The position numbers and the translations under genes are program-made. This document shows positions 52,268 through 64,000 of a stretch of 64,000 bases of DNA, piece after piece. Below the pieces are notes generated by a model that had not been told where the DNA came from, searched no databases, and saw only the letters and a list, made by a program, of their open reading frames with translations. This DNA is from Octopus sinensis (taxonomy: Eukaryota). Within the stretch, counting starts at the first letter, position 1; each line of letters begins with the position of its first letter. The DNA lies in NCBI RefSeq assembly GCF_006345805.1, contig NC_043013.1, forward strand, positions 19,530,001 to 19,594,000, in the 5' to 3' direction.

Positions 52268-53142
52268 CACACGCACGCACGCACGCATACACATAAAATA
52301 TTCCTACACCCATATACACACACATATATATCTGTAATAGACTTCAATATATTCCCGTCTCATAGACCTTCTCATTATCTCTCTCTCTGGCTCTCTATTT
52401 TACACTGTCTTATCCTCTGTTCCCCTCTCACCCTCACACTCCCACATTGAAACTTTTCTCATATCTCCATCTCCCTATTCTCTCAGTTCCCTACTCTCAC
52501 CTTGTATTTTATCCCCTACCACTAACGCCACCGATCCTTCAACTCCACCCTCAATACTGTCGCCATCCCATTAATATATAGTAACAATACTTACAACTAA
52601 CTCCCTGCGGCTTAGACTAAAATAGACACACCGATCTTGTATTACATTCACTTATTCGATTATTAAATTGATTTTTTGACTTCAGCTTCCATAATACACA
52701 CACATGTATTACCAAAGATACATATATATATATATATAAATGTATGTATGCATGTAAGTTTGTATAGATGTATATGTATCGCTATACATATACACAAAGA
52801 CAGAAACCCACATACATGTATGTTGGTACGCATGCATATCGATATCTATGTATATATGCATTTCTGTGTATGGGTGTATAACATAATGTGTATATATGAA
52901 GAGAGAGACAGTGACGGAGGCAAAGATAGTACACTTATTTTTATTCCTATTCGTTTACTATATATTTAATTGCATCCTCCACATCCATCCATATCCAGAA
53001 TACTACCATGTAGAAAAAGCATATATATATATATATACATATATATATACGCATATATATTTGTACATATATACATACATACACACACACACACGCACAC
53101 ATATATATATATATATATTATATATATCCATTATATATATAT

Positions 53143-53187
<45 letters not shown>

Positions 53188-53212
53188 ATATTCATATACA
53201 AACATATATACA

Positions 53213-53278
<66 letters not shown>

Positions 53279-53689
53279 GCTTATACGTATGTATTGTTTT
53301 CAGTGTATATATGTATGTCTATATACTTGCGTATCTGTGTATGACGTGAGATGTATATGCGTGAGTGTTTTTACGATTGAATGTGTTTGTACATATACAT
53401 TTGTGCTTGCATTTGATATCAATATAGCAACTAATATAGATTTAATGCATTATGCATCTTGATAAGTATTGTACTAAAATAATCTTCCATCGTCTCTTTC
53501 TGTCTTTAAAACAGAGACAGAAGAGATAGAGAGAGAGTGAAAGGGGGGATAATATTTATGCAAATGTTAGTATAAATATTAGTGTGTACGAGAGGTATTT
53601 GAGGACACAGAATTAGGAATGTATTACTCCTTTTATACCAATTTTAAAAATATATTGTATTAATCCCTCATAGTAGTTAAGACGCAATC

Positions 53690-54585
53690 ACTAGAAATGA
53701 AACGATATGCAGTCGTAGTTGTCACATGTGCAGAACGCAGGATTTCGAAATTTCCAAGTCTCTAGCTGTTGTAAGATCTTTTCTACTCAAAGATCAGATA
53801 GAACTGAAAGTCTGTAGCGGGAATATTTTAAATGTATCAGCGATAAAAACAACACTAAACGTTTGAACACCATAAGCACAATGCAATTCATCAAACCAGC
53901 TCACTACATTACTTACGATGATCCCAGAAAATTAATAGGACCTACTGCGAAAGAATTTTACGTGTGGACTATTAGATCTGTAGTGGACGAAGAGATTCGA
54001 CACAAGTCGTATCCTGTGAGGAAAGGGCAAATCATGCCAAGAAATCCCCTGGTGTGTATCAATCGTTTATTTAACACGGTTAAAAGACTTCACGGAAATG
54101 GTATGCTTTGGTTCAATTCTGATGACAAAAGTATGAATTAAGACAAAAAGCCTATCAGAAGAAATGACAGATGGTTACGTCCAGATCCTTCTGGTGACCC
54201 AAGATTGAAACACTTTAAGTTTCCAGTAACTGAGATATGTTTTTATGGGCGGTGAATAACAAAGGTCATGTCATGTCATGTCACCTCTCATCTTTCCATA
54301 GGGTCTTAGAATTAATAACAATTATGAACCTCTGAGTAGATGAATTATGCTGTGGAATATCACACATGCCTTCTCACAAAGCCTAGGCAGCTCAAAAATG
54401 GATGTCAAACATTCTTTACGATCATTTGATACCAGACTTGTGGTCTCCAAATTTTTAATGTTTAAATCCTATGGACTATTATATTTGAAGTACTATTGAG
54501 AGGGAAACTGATGAAAATGCTCTCTATAGATTCATTGAAGGACGCCATTGTCCAAATGATGGCCAGCATGAATAAGAACCTAGTT
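53690..54585 (+). mobile_element. Degenerate Tc1/mariner (maT/DD37D-like) transposase, nearly whole length, cut by a SINE
   Basis: MKRYAVVV, SVVDEEIRHKSYPVRKGQIM, GMLWFNSDDK (first D; FSDEK-like), RRNDRWL, KFPVT, DLWSPNF..LNPMDYY, DSLKDAIVQMMASMNK. Confidence 0.8.
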
Positions 54586-54870
54586 GATCCGATCAACAGA
54601 ACAGCCTGCTCGTGAAATTAATATGCAAGTGGCTGAGCACTCCAAACATACGAGTAGACTTAATGTAGCTCTTAGGGAGATTCGGCGTGACACAGAATGT
54701 GACAAGATTGGCCCTGTGAATTACAGGTACAACTAATCTTTGCCACTCGAGAGGATTGGAGAAGCATGAAATAAAGTGTCTTGCTTAAAGACACAATGTG
54801 CAGCCGGGAATCGAACTCACGACCTTAAGATCATGGGCCGATAGTGCTTACCACTGAGGCACGCGAATTC
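54586..54870 (-). mobile_element. tRNA-headed CORE-like SINE (second subfamily)
   Basis: Minus strand gcctcagtggtaagcact...ggtcgtgagttcgattcccggc (A/B boxes), then gtgtctttaagcaagacacttta (CORE-like), tail ...agtgctcagccacttgc..ttaatttcacgagcaggctgttctgttgatcggatc. Confidence 0.75.
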
Positions 54871-55662
54871 ACCATTTAGTGTAAGCATGTCCAACGATTC
54901 CAGTTTAGCATAGAAGCAATGATCGAAGTTGGAGTGGTATTCATAGAATATTCTTATAAGAAAACTTATTAAGTACATGAGAGCATTTTTATCATTATTA
55001 AAATCCATTTGCTTTTGTGTTAGATTAGAGATGGTTTATTAAATTACCAAATGTCCTCGTTAAATTAATTGCAATCGTGTTTTGGAAAATAGTTTTAAGG
55101 TTGAACTTTCATTATAATATCTATGGAAGACCGGTGGGATTATTTATATGGACTTAAAGACTCATCGCCATTTAACATATGATTCAGTTATTGCAGCTTA
55201 CTATTAATACCGATACAATGTACATTGGTTTATACGTTTCTTTGTCGTAGTTTTTTTTATTAAAGTTAGAGTTTAATCCTGACTATATATTGATTGATTG
55301 AAATAATGTGGTTACTAAGTTTTTACTTTTATATTATACTACGGAAGACGCTAGGGATTATAAATTTCGTATGACTTAACAGATTTGTCGCTGATTAGTT
55401 ACGTATTTAGGGATAATTGTAATTTACTCATTCAATTTATTTATCGTTGCGTTTGTACATAAGGTATAATGTGTTTGAAAGTTGTGGTTTCTTTTCGTTT
55501 GCTTTTGCCCAAACAATACTTATTTTAGTGCTGCTGACACCGCCGGATTGAATGGTACTACCCAGGTGTCGAAACCATAATGATATTCGTGGGGCAGCTG
55601 ATGATGGAGGTATGCTGGATGGTTAGTATGGCTGTGGAATAGTATTATAGCACATCCTTTTG

Positions 55663-55699
<37 letters not shown>

Positions 55700-55701
<2 letters not shown>

Positions 55702-56070
55702 CAGGGGTTGGATAAAATAATGGAAACATCTAGCATCACAGCAGCAACATTCTGAAATATCTAAAAAACCGTCAAAAGCTTGTTTATTTTTATATTTTAT
55801 GGTTTATTATTATTGTTGATTAATACGTTTTGCTAAAATTGCTGTTTCTTTTCAGATATCATCAGAAAAAGGTAATTAAAAATCTCTAAAATGACAGATC
55901 TATCAGACTTTCAAAGAGGTCAAATTGTTGGTGCTCGTATGCCAGGGGCTAGCGTAACGAAAACAGCAGAAATGTTTGGTATACCAAGAAGTACTGTCTT
56001 GAAAGTAATGACAGCCTTTGAGAAAGAGGCAAAAACTTCCTCATCGAAACAACACTCTGGAAGAAACGTG
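55700..56070 (+). mobile_element. 5' end of a Tc1-like transposon (left TIR plus paired-like HTH)
   Basis: TA|caggggttggataaaataatggaaac at 55700; ORF 55891 MTDLSDFQRGQIVGARMPGASVTKTAEMFGIPRSTVLKVMTAFEKE..TSSSK..SGR is a typical Tc1 N-terminus. Confidence 0.85.
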
Positions 56071-56154
56071 TAAGCGTTCGAAAATTTCTTACCGAACAGC
56101 CGCAAACATAATTTGTTTATAGTGATCAAATGTTTGCGTAGACATAAGCTTACT

Positions 56155-56332
56155 CCTTCCATCAAATCGACATTATCCGTACAGATGCAGCTGGGTGCCT
56201 TGCGTCAGATGTCGAACTCATCGCAGACATATGTGAAATGAAGTGTTTTGCTTAAGAACACAATGCAAGCCCAGTCTGGGAATCGAACCTACGATCTCGT
56301 AATCGTGAGTGCAACACCCGAACTGCTAAGCC

Positions 56333-56333
<1 letters not shown>
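56155..56333 (-). mobile_element. tRNA-headed CORE-like SINE fragment
   Basis: Minus strand tggcttagcagttcgggtgttgcactcacgat...gtaggttcgattcccagactggg...gtgttcttaagcaaaacacttcat. Confidence 0.65.
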
Positions 56334-56393
<60 letters not shown>

Positions 56394-56935
56394 ATATAAT
56401 ATATATATATATAATATATATATATATAAAGAGAGAGAGAAAGAGAGAGGGGATGGAAAGGGAGAAGGGGGAGAGAGAGAAATAGATAGAAAGATAGACA
56501 TAATATTTTCTTAGGTTTATTTGCTAAGTTAGAAGTAATATATATTCAGAATGCTACTAAATACATAGATTATTTTTTTTGTGACCATCCACAGAGTAAT
56601 AAAGTCATGTACTATACGATCTATCAATTATATAAATATCAGTTTTCGTCAGAGCAACACACAATCATGCACATAACATATTTAAAATCCTATATCTCCT
56701 GGATGAAAAAGCTCATAATTACATCTAAGCACTCGTAATAAAACGATAGAGATATTTAAAATCGAATTAGTCAAGTTTCTAATCGCACAGCTTTATAATT
56801 CAAGCCACATCATAAAACCAAGTATTTATATAACATGTTTTCTGGTTTTTCTGCTGTAATGTATATTTAAATTGTTTATGCATATGGAAATACATTTATC
56901 CAGATTTAACTTATATTTATATATATATATATATA

Positions 56936-56983
<48 letters not shown>

Positions 56984-57360
56984 TCCTGTATGTTTAAATT
57001 GATTTTATTATTTCAAAATTTAAATAGCTTTTTGAAAGATGTTCACTTGAAATTCGCAGTTGGTCTTCTTAGTTTTTACTTGATATCGCTGTTGTTGTCT
57101 AGACGCAGATCGGCTCCGACTGAGGAGGCATGTGGTTTAAGTAATTCCAGCTGTGATGATATACACATACATAAATACATACATACATACATACATACAT
57201 ACATACATACATACATACATACATACATACATACATACATACATACACCACATATATATATATATACGGATGTATACGTGTGTGTGTGTGTCTGTGTGTA
57301 TGTGCACTTCGTCTATTGTGTTCTTTCGGGTTTTGAAGATTTATCATCTGATATACCTTT

Positions 57361-57407
<47 letters not shown>

Positions 57408-57414
57408 CACCTCA

Positions 57415-57770
57415 CCCACGCTCTTGCACTTGCCCCTACCTCTCTAACATCATCATTCTCATAGGCACCCATCATCGTCCCTCTCTTGTCACCGACTTCA
57501 TTACCTGCACTTCTAGCAATGTCATTTACTTCATCTCATGCTCTTTCTGTACTTCTCTGTACAACAGTCAAACGGGAACCCGCTTGGCTGAACGGTTCAC
57601 GGAGCACCTCCAAGACTTCAGACTCGGCAATCACACCCCGGTCTCGCGTTACCAGTCATTCAGTATAAACCTGTGTTATAATGTTCAGATTGTCTTTGCC
57701 CAGGGGCTATCAGGACTCCCGCCTTCTCCGTAAACTGGAACTAATCTTCTCTCTTCGCTCCTGTGCTTAT
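57415..57770 (+). mobile_element. Penelope-like element fragment: GIY-YIG endonuclease remnant
   Basis: RSCTCPYL..TDFITCTSSNVIYFISCSFCTSLYNSQTGTRLAERFTEHL..TPVSR corresponds to the FTC.S.NVIY.I.C..C...YIGQT...L..RF.EH signature. Confidence 0.75.
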
Positions 57771-57865
57771 ACATGCAAAATTCCGAAATCAGGAATCTTA
57801 TAACAAATTTATAAACGTGCATGTGTATATATATATATATTATATATATATATATTATATATATA

Positions 57866-57961
<96 letters not shown>

Positions 57962-57977
57962 ATATACATATATACAT

Positions 57978-58040
<63 letters not shown>

Positions 58041-58711
58041 GTATGTATATAATGAAGAAATAAGTGGTATAGGTATCCACTTTATACAGCTCAACCGATT
58101 AACACTCTGATAGCGCTTCAGGAATATAAAATTAAGGAGAGGAGAAAGGAAATTCAAACGCCGATGTATATATTCATTCAATCCATATTATCGAAATTCT
58201 CCGTGGTGTACAACGTACATACATAGATGCATTCATCTATATGCTATATAAAAATTTCTAAGAATTTACAAATACATAAATATACACGATGAGTTATAAA
58301 TACATAAAAATTCATAAACATCTAAATATTTATAAACACATAAAGATTCATAAATATAAATATATAAAAAGTGTAAGTCCGAATGGAGAGGATGATAAAG
58401 CGGATGTACAATGATTCATATGGAATCTGGAACATGTATAAAGTCTATGTATATATAGCCTTTATACATGTAAGTACATTTATTGGCTTACACTTTTTAT
58501 ATATTTATAAATTTTCGTGTATATGTATGTGTATATAAATTCTTAGAAATTTTTTATATATCATATTGATGAATACATCTATGTATGTACTTTGTATACC
58601 ATGCAGAATTTCGTTAATATGGATTGAACGAATGTATACAACGGCCTTTGAATTTGTTTTCTTAATTATATGTATATATATATATATATATAGATTCAGT
58701 AGGGTATATAA

Positions 58712-59363
58712 TACTACTTGCTAAAATCAGCGCTAATGCTCCAAAAGCGATAAAGATACACACGAACAGTGTAATGAACATATGAGAAACAGGTTTACCT
58801 TTTCCGTTAAATACATCAGTAAGTAATGTATATTTCGTTATCAATTAATTTCACGCTTTGCATGACAAACATACTCTGCGATCTTCAAATGAAAATAACA
58901 TTTTAACATTTATTTCTAAAATATTCGCTTCATTAGCTCGTGTGCGTTCCTTACTTTATTGTGCCTGTAACAGTATGGACTTACTAGCCACTTTGTTATC
59001 ACCTTATTGATACTACTTATAATGCAATGATACTTTTTATTTAAGTTGTTTTTCTTGCTCACTATAGTTTTCTTTTAAACGGAGCAGGATGTCAAAAGTA
59101 AGGAACGGTGAGGAACGCACACGAGTTAATGTAGTGAATATTTTAGAAATAAATGTGAAAATATTATTTACAACGGAAGAACGCAGAGTACATATGTCAT
59201 GCAAAGCGTGAAATCAATTGATATTGAAATATACTTTACTTATTGATGTATTCAACGCAAAGGTAAACCTGTTTCTCATATGTTCATTGCATTGCTCGTG
59301 CGTGTCTTTATCGTGAGTTTATGGTGGTTTTCGGAGCATTAACTCTTATTTCAACGAGTGGTA
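58712..59363. mobile_element. ~650-bp MITE-like fold-back element with ~240-bp terminal inverted repeats, TA at both ends
   Basis: 58712-58954 is the imperfect reverse complement of 59108-59363 (e.g. aatgaacatatgagaaacaggtttaccttt / aaaggtaaacctgtttctcatatgttcatt); spacer ~150 bp. Confidence 0.85.
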
Positions 59364-59425
59364 AAATGAAGCTGTAATGAATGACAGCAGCACTGGACCA
59401 CTGGTCATCCATTACAGCTTCATTT
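59364..59425. other. 62-nt hairpin with 22-bp stem (pre-miRNA-like geometry)
   Basis: aaatgaagctgtaatgaatgac pairs with gtcatccattacagcttcattt at 21/22 positions; 18-nt loop. Confidence 0.5.
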
Positions 59426-59733
59426 AAGTAATAGTTATTATAGAGAAGATATGAAATACTGAGTGAAGTGGAGGAATGAAGACACACGTGAGATACGTAA
59501 GGATATTATATTTGCAGTTCCATTATTTAAGCAGCATGATGTATATATAAGTTTTCTGTACCTTGTGTGTGAGTTCCAAAGATGTTTATAATTGGTCATT
59601 CCAAGCATAGAGTTTTGCAAACGGTGTTATTCGATCGAGGGTTTTATTTGTTTTGAAGTATCTTAAAAGTTGGGAATGAGTTTGTAAGGTCAAATCAAGA
59701 TACCTTTGGGTCTTCTTGACACTAATGCCTCTC

Positions 59734-59792
<59 letters not shown>

Positions 59793-61374
59793 GCATGTAT
59801 ATGTAATTATGTATTATAAAGATTAATTAATGTTGAAGATGTTCTTTTTTATATAAATTGAGATTTTGCTCTTACCAGCTCAATGAGCCTTCAATGAAGT
59901 GTGAGTTTTATTGGTTCCCTTTGTCCGTAAAGTGTTAATCCAGTGAAGTGCCGTTGATGCTCTGGTTCCCATTTTCTATCCTCTTTATCAAACAATGTTA
60001 TTTACTCTTCCTTTGTTAACACTGTTCTGCTACTTTCATGACGAAAATAATCAGTTCTTAACTTAATCTTCATTTCTCTGTTAATTAATGCCACTGGTTT
60101 GTAAATTGGACAAGTGTAATTATGGGAAACCCTGTTAATCTATCAACTATTTCCTTAGATTAGGGATCTGGTTCCCAATTACTGCGTCGATACGAGTTGC
60201 CTGGTGACTAAATTAACTCCACCTGGTTGATCTTCGACCTCTGCCACGTTGAGATTTCTTTAATGATAATTTCAAACGAAATATCTTATGAGATTCTTCA
60301 TTACTAATTGCTGGATACGCGTGTGCGTATGTGTATGTGTGCGTGAATATACGTATACGTGTATGTGTGAATGTGTGTGTATTTGTGTGTGAGTGAGAGT
60401 GTGCATGTGTATGCTTGTATTTTCCATCTGTGCATGACCAAAAGAAATACCTAGATTTCACCAAAAATGAAGCCCTAAGAAATCTGCGCTTTATCTTATG
60501 ATTTAAAAAATTTTAATACTAAATATTCTGTAAAATATATATTGGTAATGAGCATTTAGAATCAGAACCCGACTAGAGCTTTGATTAACGCTAGTTCCGA
60601 TAGGTCCATTGTTATCTCAACCACTGGAAAAGTAGCTTGTGAATCCATATCGTCAAAAATCTGTCCTATTTCTCCTTCACTTTGTCTGTATACACTATGT
60701 CAAACGAAACGATTTAATTTCATTAGTTAAAGCTGCAAAAGATGTATCACCTTTCAATGGACACAGCACTCCATTGTGAGTCTCACCTGAACATTGTAGT
60801 ATGTTAACAGCTGTTGTGGGCTGAAATGTTTTGTTTTAGGGATGTGGTTTTTACTAAATTAAGGTTGTGTGGTCATCAAGAGAGATCCTCTCTTGAAGTG
60901 GGGTTAAGTATATGGAGCACCTGTGAGAGTACTAGCAGGGGTCTGAAAATTCAGTGGTGAATTCTTCTCTCGAGTAGAGCTCGAAATTTTCTAATATTAA
61001 AAATAGCAAAGTTGCCTTAATGTTTTTTTTACAGAGTAAATTACACTAAAAGCACTGAAGGTCGGTTGGTGATGTTTTATACAAAGACACGGAACATAAA
61101 CCAATTCCATGCAACTCTCACTACCATGTAATAAATCCATGACTCTGGACCGGTACATTATTGATTGTGAAAAAAATAAAAGGAAAATGCGATCTGGGCA
61201 GGACTTGAACTCAGAGAGTAGAAGATCGATACAAATACCACGCGGCATTTCATTTAACACTTTTCTGATGCGCAAATTTGTCGCTTCCTGCCTTTTCATC
61301 TCTTAGTAATATTTCATATTTATTGCATCATATACTAGCCTAATATATGTGCAAATTTTATTAGTGTTTTATGA

Positions 61375-61407
<33 letters not shown>

Positions 61408-62207
61408 ATAACTTGAACGTTTTCGTTTTGGGTAGATAGTGGAAAGCAGCAAAACCATTCTAAGTTCTGTACAATATTTATGTTTATTATCTGGAAAACA
61501 TCAGCAATAAGTTTGGCTGGGTAGTAATCACTTAAAGAAAGGAAAATAGTAGAATAAAATAATGATTCTCTCAAATATCCAATAATTTCTTATGTTCTAA
61601 ACAATATGTCCATTATCTTCAGTAGAAGTAGGTTATTGTATATTTTGGACTCGTTTTCATTTTGCTTGACTTAGTTTTATTTACTGTTATTCATTATTTT
61701 ATATATATATAGTTTTTGTTTTGCTTTGCTGCTCTTTTGCTTAAGATAAATAACATACATTAGAAAATATTAATGCTTGATCAAAGTGCAGACACTATGT
61801 GACTTATTTCTCCGTACAAACTGAGAAAAATGATAGAATAGAGAAAAAGGAAAAGAAACAGAGAAAGATAAAGATAGTGAAATATAGAGAAAGAGAGAGT
61901 GGTGGAGAGAGAGAGAGAAAGAGAGAAGGAGAAATTCAACGGAATTTTGTTTCTCTTTGATGAATATGAAAAACAAGTTAATGTGACAAAAGAATATTTC
62001 TCTAAGTATTTAGCTTAAAATATTTATCGATACGATTTAAATTTAATATTCCTAAATATTATGTTAGAGAATCAAAACGAAAATGAGAAAGAGGAAAAAA
62101 ATCACTAATTCATATTTCCTATATAATTAATCAATCAATATTTTATTTATTTACTTGTCTTTGTATTTACTTAACGTTGTTCACTTGTAAATAGTCTCAT
62201 TTGTATG

Positions 62208-62273
<66 letters not shown>

Positions 62274-62753
62274 CGCACACTCATTCAAATGCCTATGTAC
62301 ATATACATGTATACATACGTACATACATACATATATATATACATACATATATATACATATATATGTATATATATATATACACACACATATATATATATAT
62401 ATACATATATATAAATATATATGTGTGTGTATATATATAATATAGAAATGTATATATATATATATACACACATATATATGTACATATATATAAATATATA
62501 TGTGTGTCTATATATATAGTATAAATACAAATATATACTGTATTTTAATGTGTATAAGGCACCTTCGTGTACAAGGAATCCCCTAATTTGGGTGGGTTAA
62601 ATTTAGGAAAACGGTTTATTAAAGGATCATGATACTAGCGATTTATAACCTAATTTTTGAAAAAAAAAGGTTTCTTTACACCCGTTAAAATAAGTTATTT
62701 ATGCATTTTTATTGTATGTATGTATGTATACTAATTTTCTTCTCCTTTTCCAG

Positions 62754-62797
62754 GTTTTCCTCGTGTTTCAGAAGCTGAGTTTATGCTGGAAGCATAA
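62754..62797 (+). other. Candidate terminal coding exon ((G)FPRVSEAEFMLEA*)
   Basis: Strong acceptor ctaattttcttctccttttccag|G with branch-like CTAAT; phase-1 frame closes at TAA 62795-62797. No homology recognised. Confidence 0.3.
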
Positions 62798-63258
62798 AAG
62801 ACTTCCTTCTAATTTCTATTTCCTGAGAGTAAACCTAATACACTCTATTTTCTTTCACCTTGTTTGCTTGCGGCTTATATATTTGCTATGTATATGATTG
62901 GTATCATATACATAGCAAAGGCCATCACTGACCATTATTTATGCAAAATTTTGTATCCAGTAAGGCTTGCACGACATAAGCCCTCTCACTCTTTTCACAT
63001 TATCCAGGGAAAAAGGCAAAGCAATATATCTAGTGTCAATATAAGTTACTCGTTGAGGAATGGAGATGCACAATGATCTCATGCGGAAGGAAAAGATGCA
63101 CAGATATCCAATACCTTTCCTCATATATTCAATTTTATATCAGACCTTCTCCCTTCCTGTTGGCTTCTCGGACTACAAACACCAATACCAAAATTCTGAA
63201 TAACCGTGATACAGCCAGATAGTCTGCGTTCATCTTTCCTTTCGGCAGGTCTTGGTTT

Positions 63259-63261
<3 letters not shown>

Positions 63262-63325
<64 letters not shown>
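63262..63325. repeat. (GATA)n microsatellite
   Basis: Directly visible. Confidence 0.95.
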
Positions 63326-63753
63326 ACAAACCCGCCTCAGATCGCATTCTAACATTCTGAAAAAAGGAAGGATACGTTTGGTTATTCTCTTAATCCTTTA
63401 CGTGTTTCAGCCCTAATGCAGCAGCCATGCTGGAGCAATATATTTGTAAATACAATTTATCTGAAAGAAAATACAAAGATGAATAGTCATGCATGAAATG
63501 GATTTGATTATAGGTCTTGAAAATAATAGCTGAGCTGGAGTGAAATGACAACGATAACAACAACAACAACAGCAGCAGCAGCAGCAGCAGCAACAGTAGC
63601 AATAACAACTGCAAGAATAACAACAGTAATTATAATTGCAAACCAGGAATAACAGAAGCAGCAACAGCTATAAAAAATCCTACAGCAGTTACAACAACGA
63701 CTGAAACACTAGCAACAGTAAATCTAACCGCAGCAGCAACAGCAGCAACAACA

Positions 63754-63955
63754 GTGGAGGCGCAATGCCCCGTGGTTAGGGCAGCGGACTCGCGGTCGGA
63801 GGATCGCGGTTTCGATTCCCAGACCGGGCGTTGTGTGTGTTTATTGAGCGAAAACACCTAAAGCTCCACGAGGCTCCGGCAGGGGGATGGGCGTGGCGAC
63901 CCATGTTGTACTCTTTCGCCCCAACTTTCTCTCACTCTTTCCTCCTGTTTCTTGT
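63754..63955 (+). mobile_element. SINE family B, 3'-truncated
   Basis: Near-identical to 30506-30700 (gggcagcgg..tcgcgg..ggagg..cgattcccagaccgggcgttgtgtgtgtttattgagcgaaaacacctaaagctccacgaggctccggcagggg). Confidence 0.88.
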
Positions 63956-64000
63956 CCCCGACTTATTTTTCTTTTCAGCTGTATGTGATGTACATTCAAG

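Noticed and set aside
63545-63753. PolyQ/polyS-type coding repeat
   Set aside because: The Q frame hits TAG; the open N/S/T/A frame has no start or splice support and runs into a SINE. It is a degenerate (CAA/CAG)n microsatellite.

Overview
Eukaryotic, AT-rich, microsatellite-saturated, almost entirely non-genic DNA. The SINE families and repeat landscape look like an octopus (coleoid cephalopod) genome; this is from my recall of octopus repeats, not a database search. No intact host gene, rRNA, true tRNA or CRISPR array is visible, and all recognisable protein-coding sequence belongs to decayed transposable elements. The first 16 kb hold two apparently microsatellite-targeted retrotransposon chains. 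(1) Two R4/Dong-type RLE LINE fragments and a 270-bp element sit in or next to (TAA)n tracts (60-4290, minus strand). (2) A near full-length Tx1/L1-type element (gag-like ORF1 plus APE-RT-zf ORF2, 6441-12335) and a 5'-truncated diverged relative (12441-15981) lie head-to-tail, with every end abutting (TATC)n = (GATA)n. The two Tx1 3' UTRs share a stem-loop with two compensatory base-pair changes. A third, distant Tx1-like element (about 21195-23060, minus) encodes only ORF1. The rest holds an RTE fragment, a Penelope GIY-YIG fragment, Tc1/mariner/maT relics, many tRNA-headed SINEs, two fold-back MITE-like elements, a pre-miRNA-like hairpin, an unexplained 170-bp direct repeat, a 22-bp minisatellite, a degenerate (CCCTAA)n tract and two weak candidate terminal exons. 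Boundaries of decayed elements are approximate (tens of bp).
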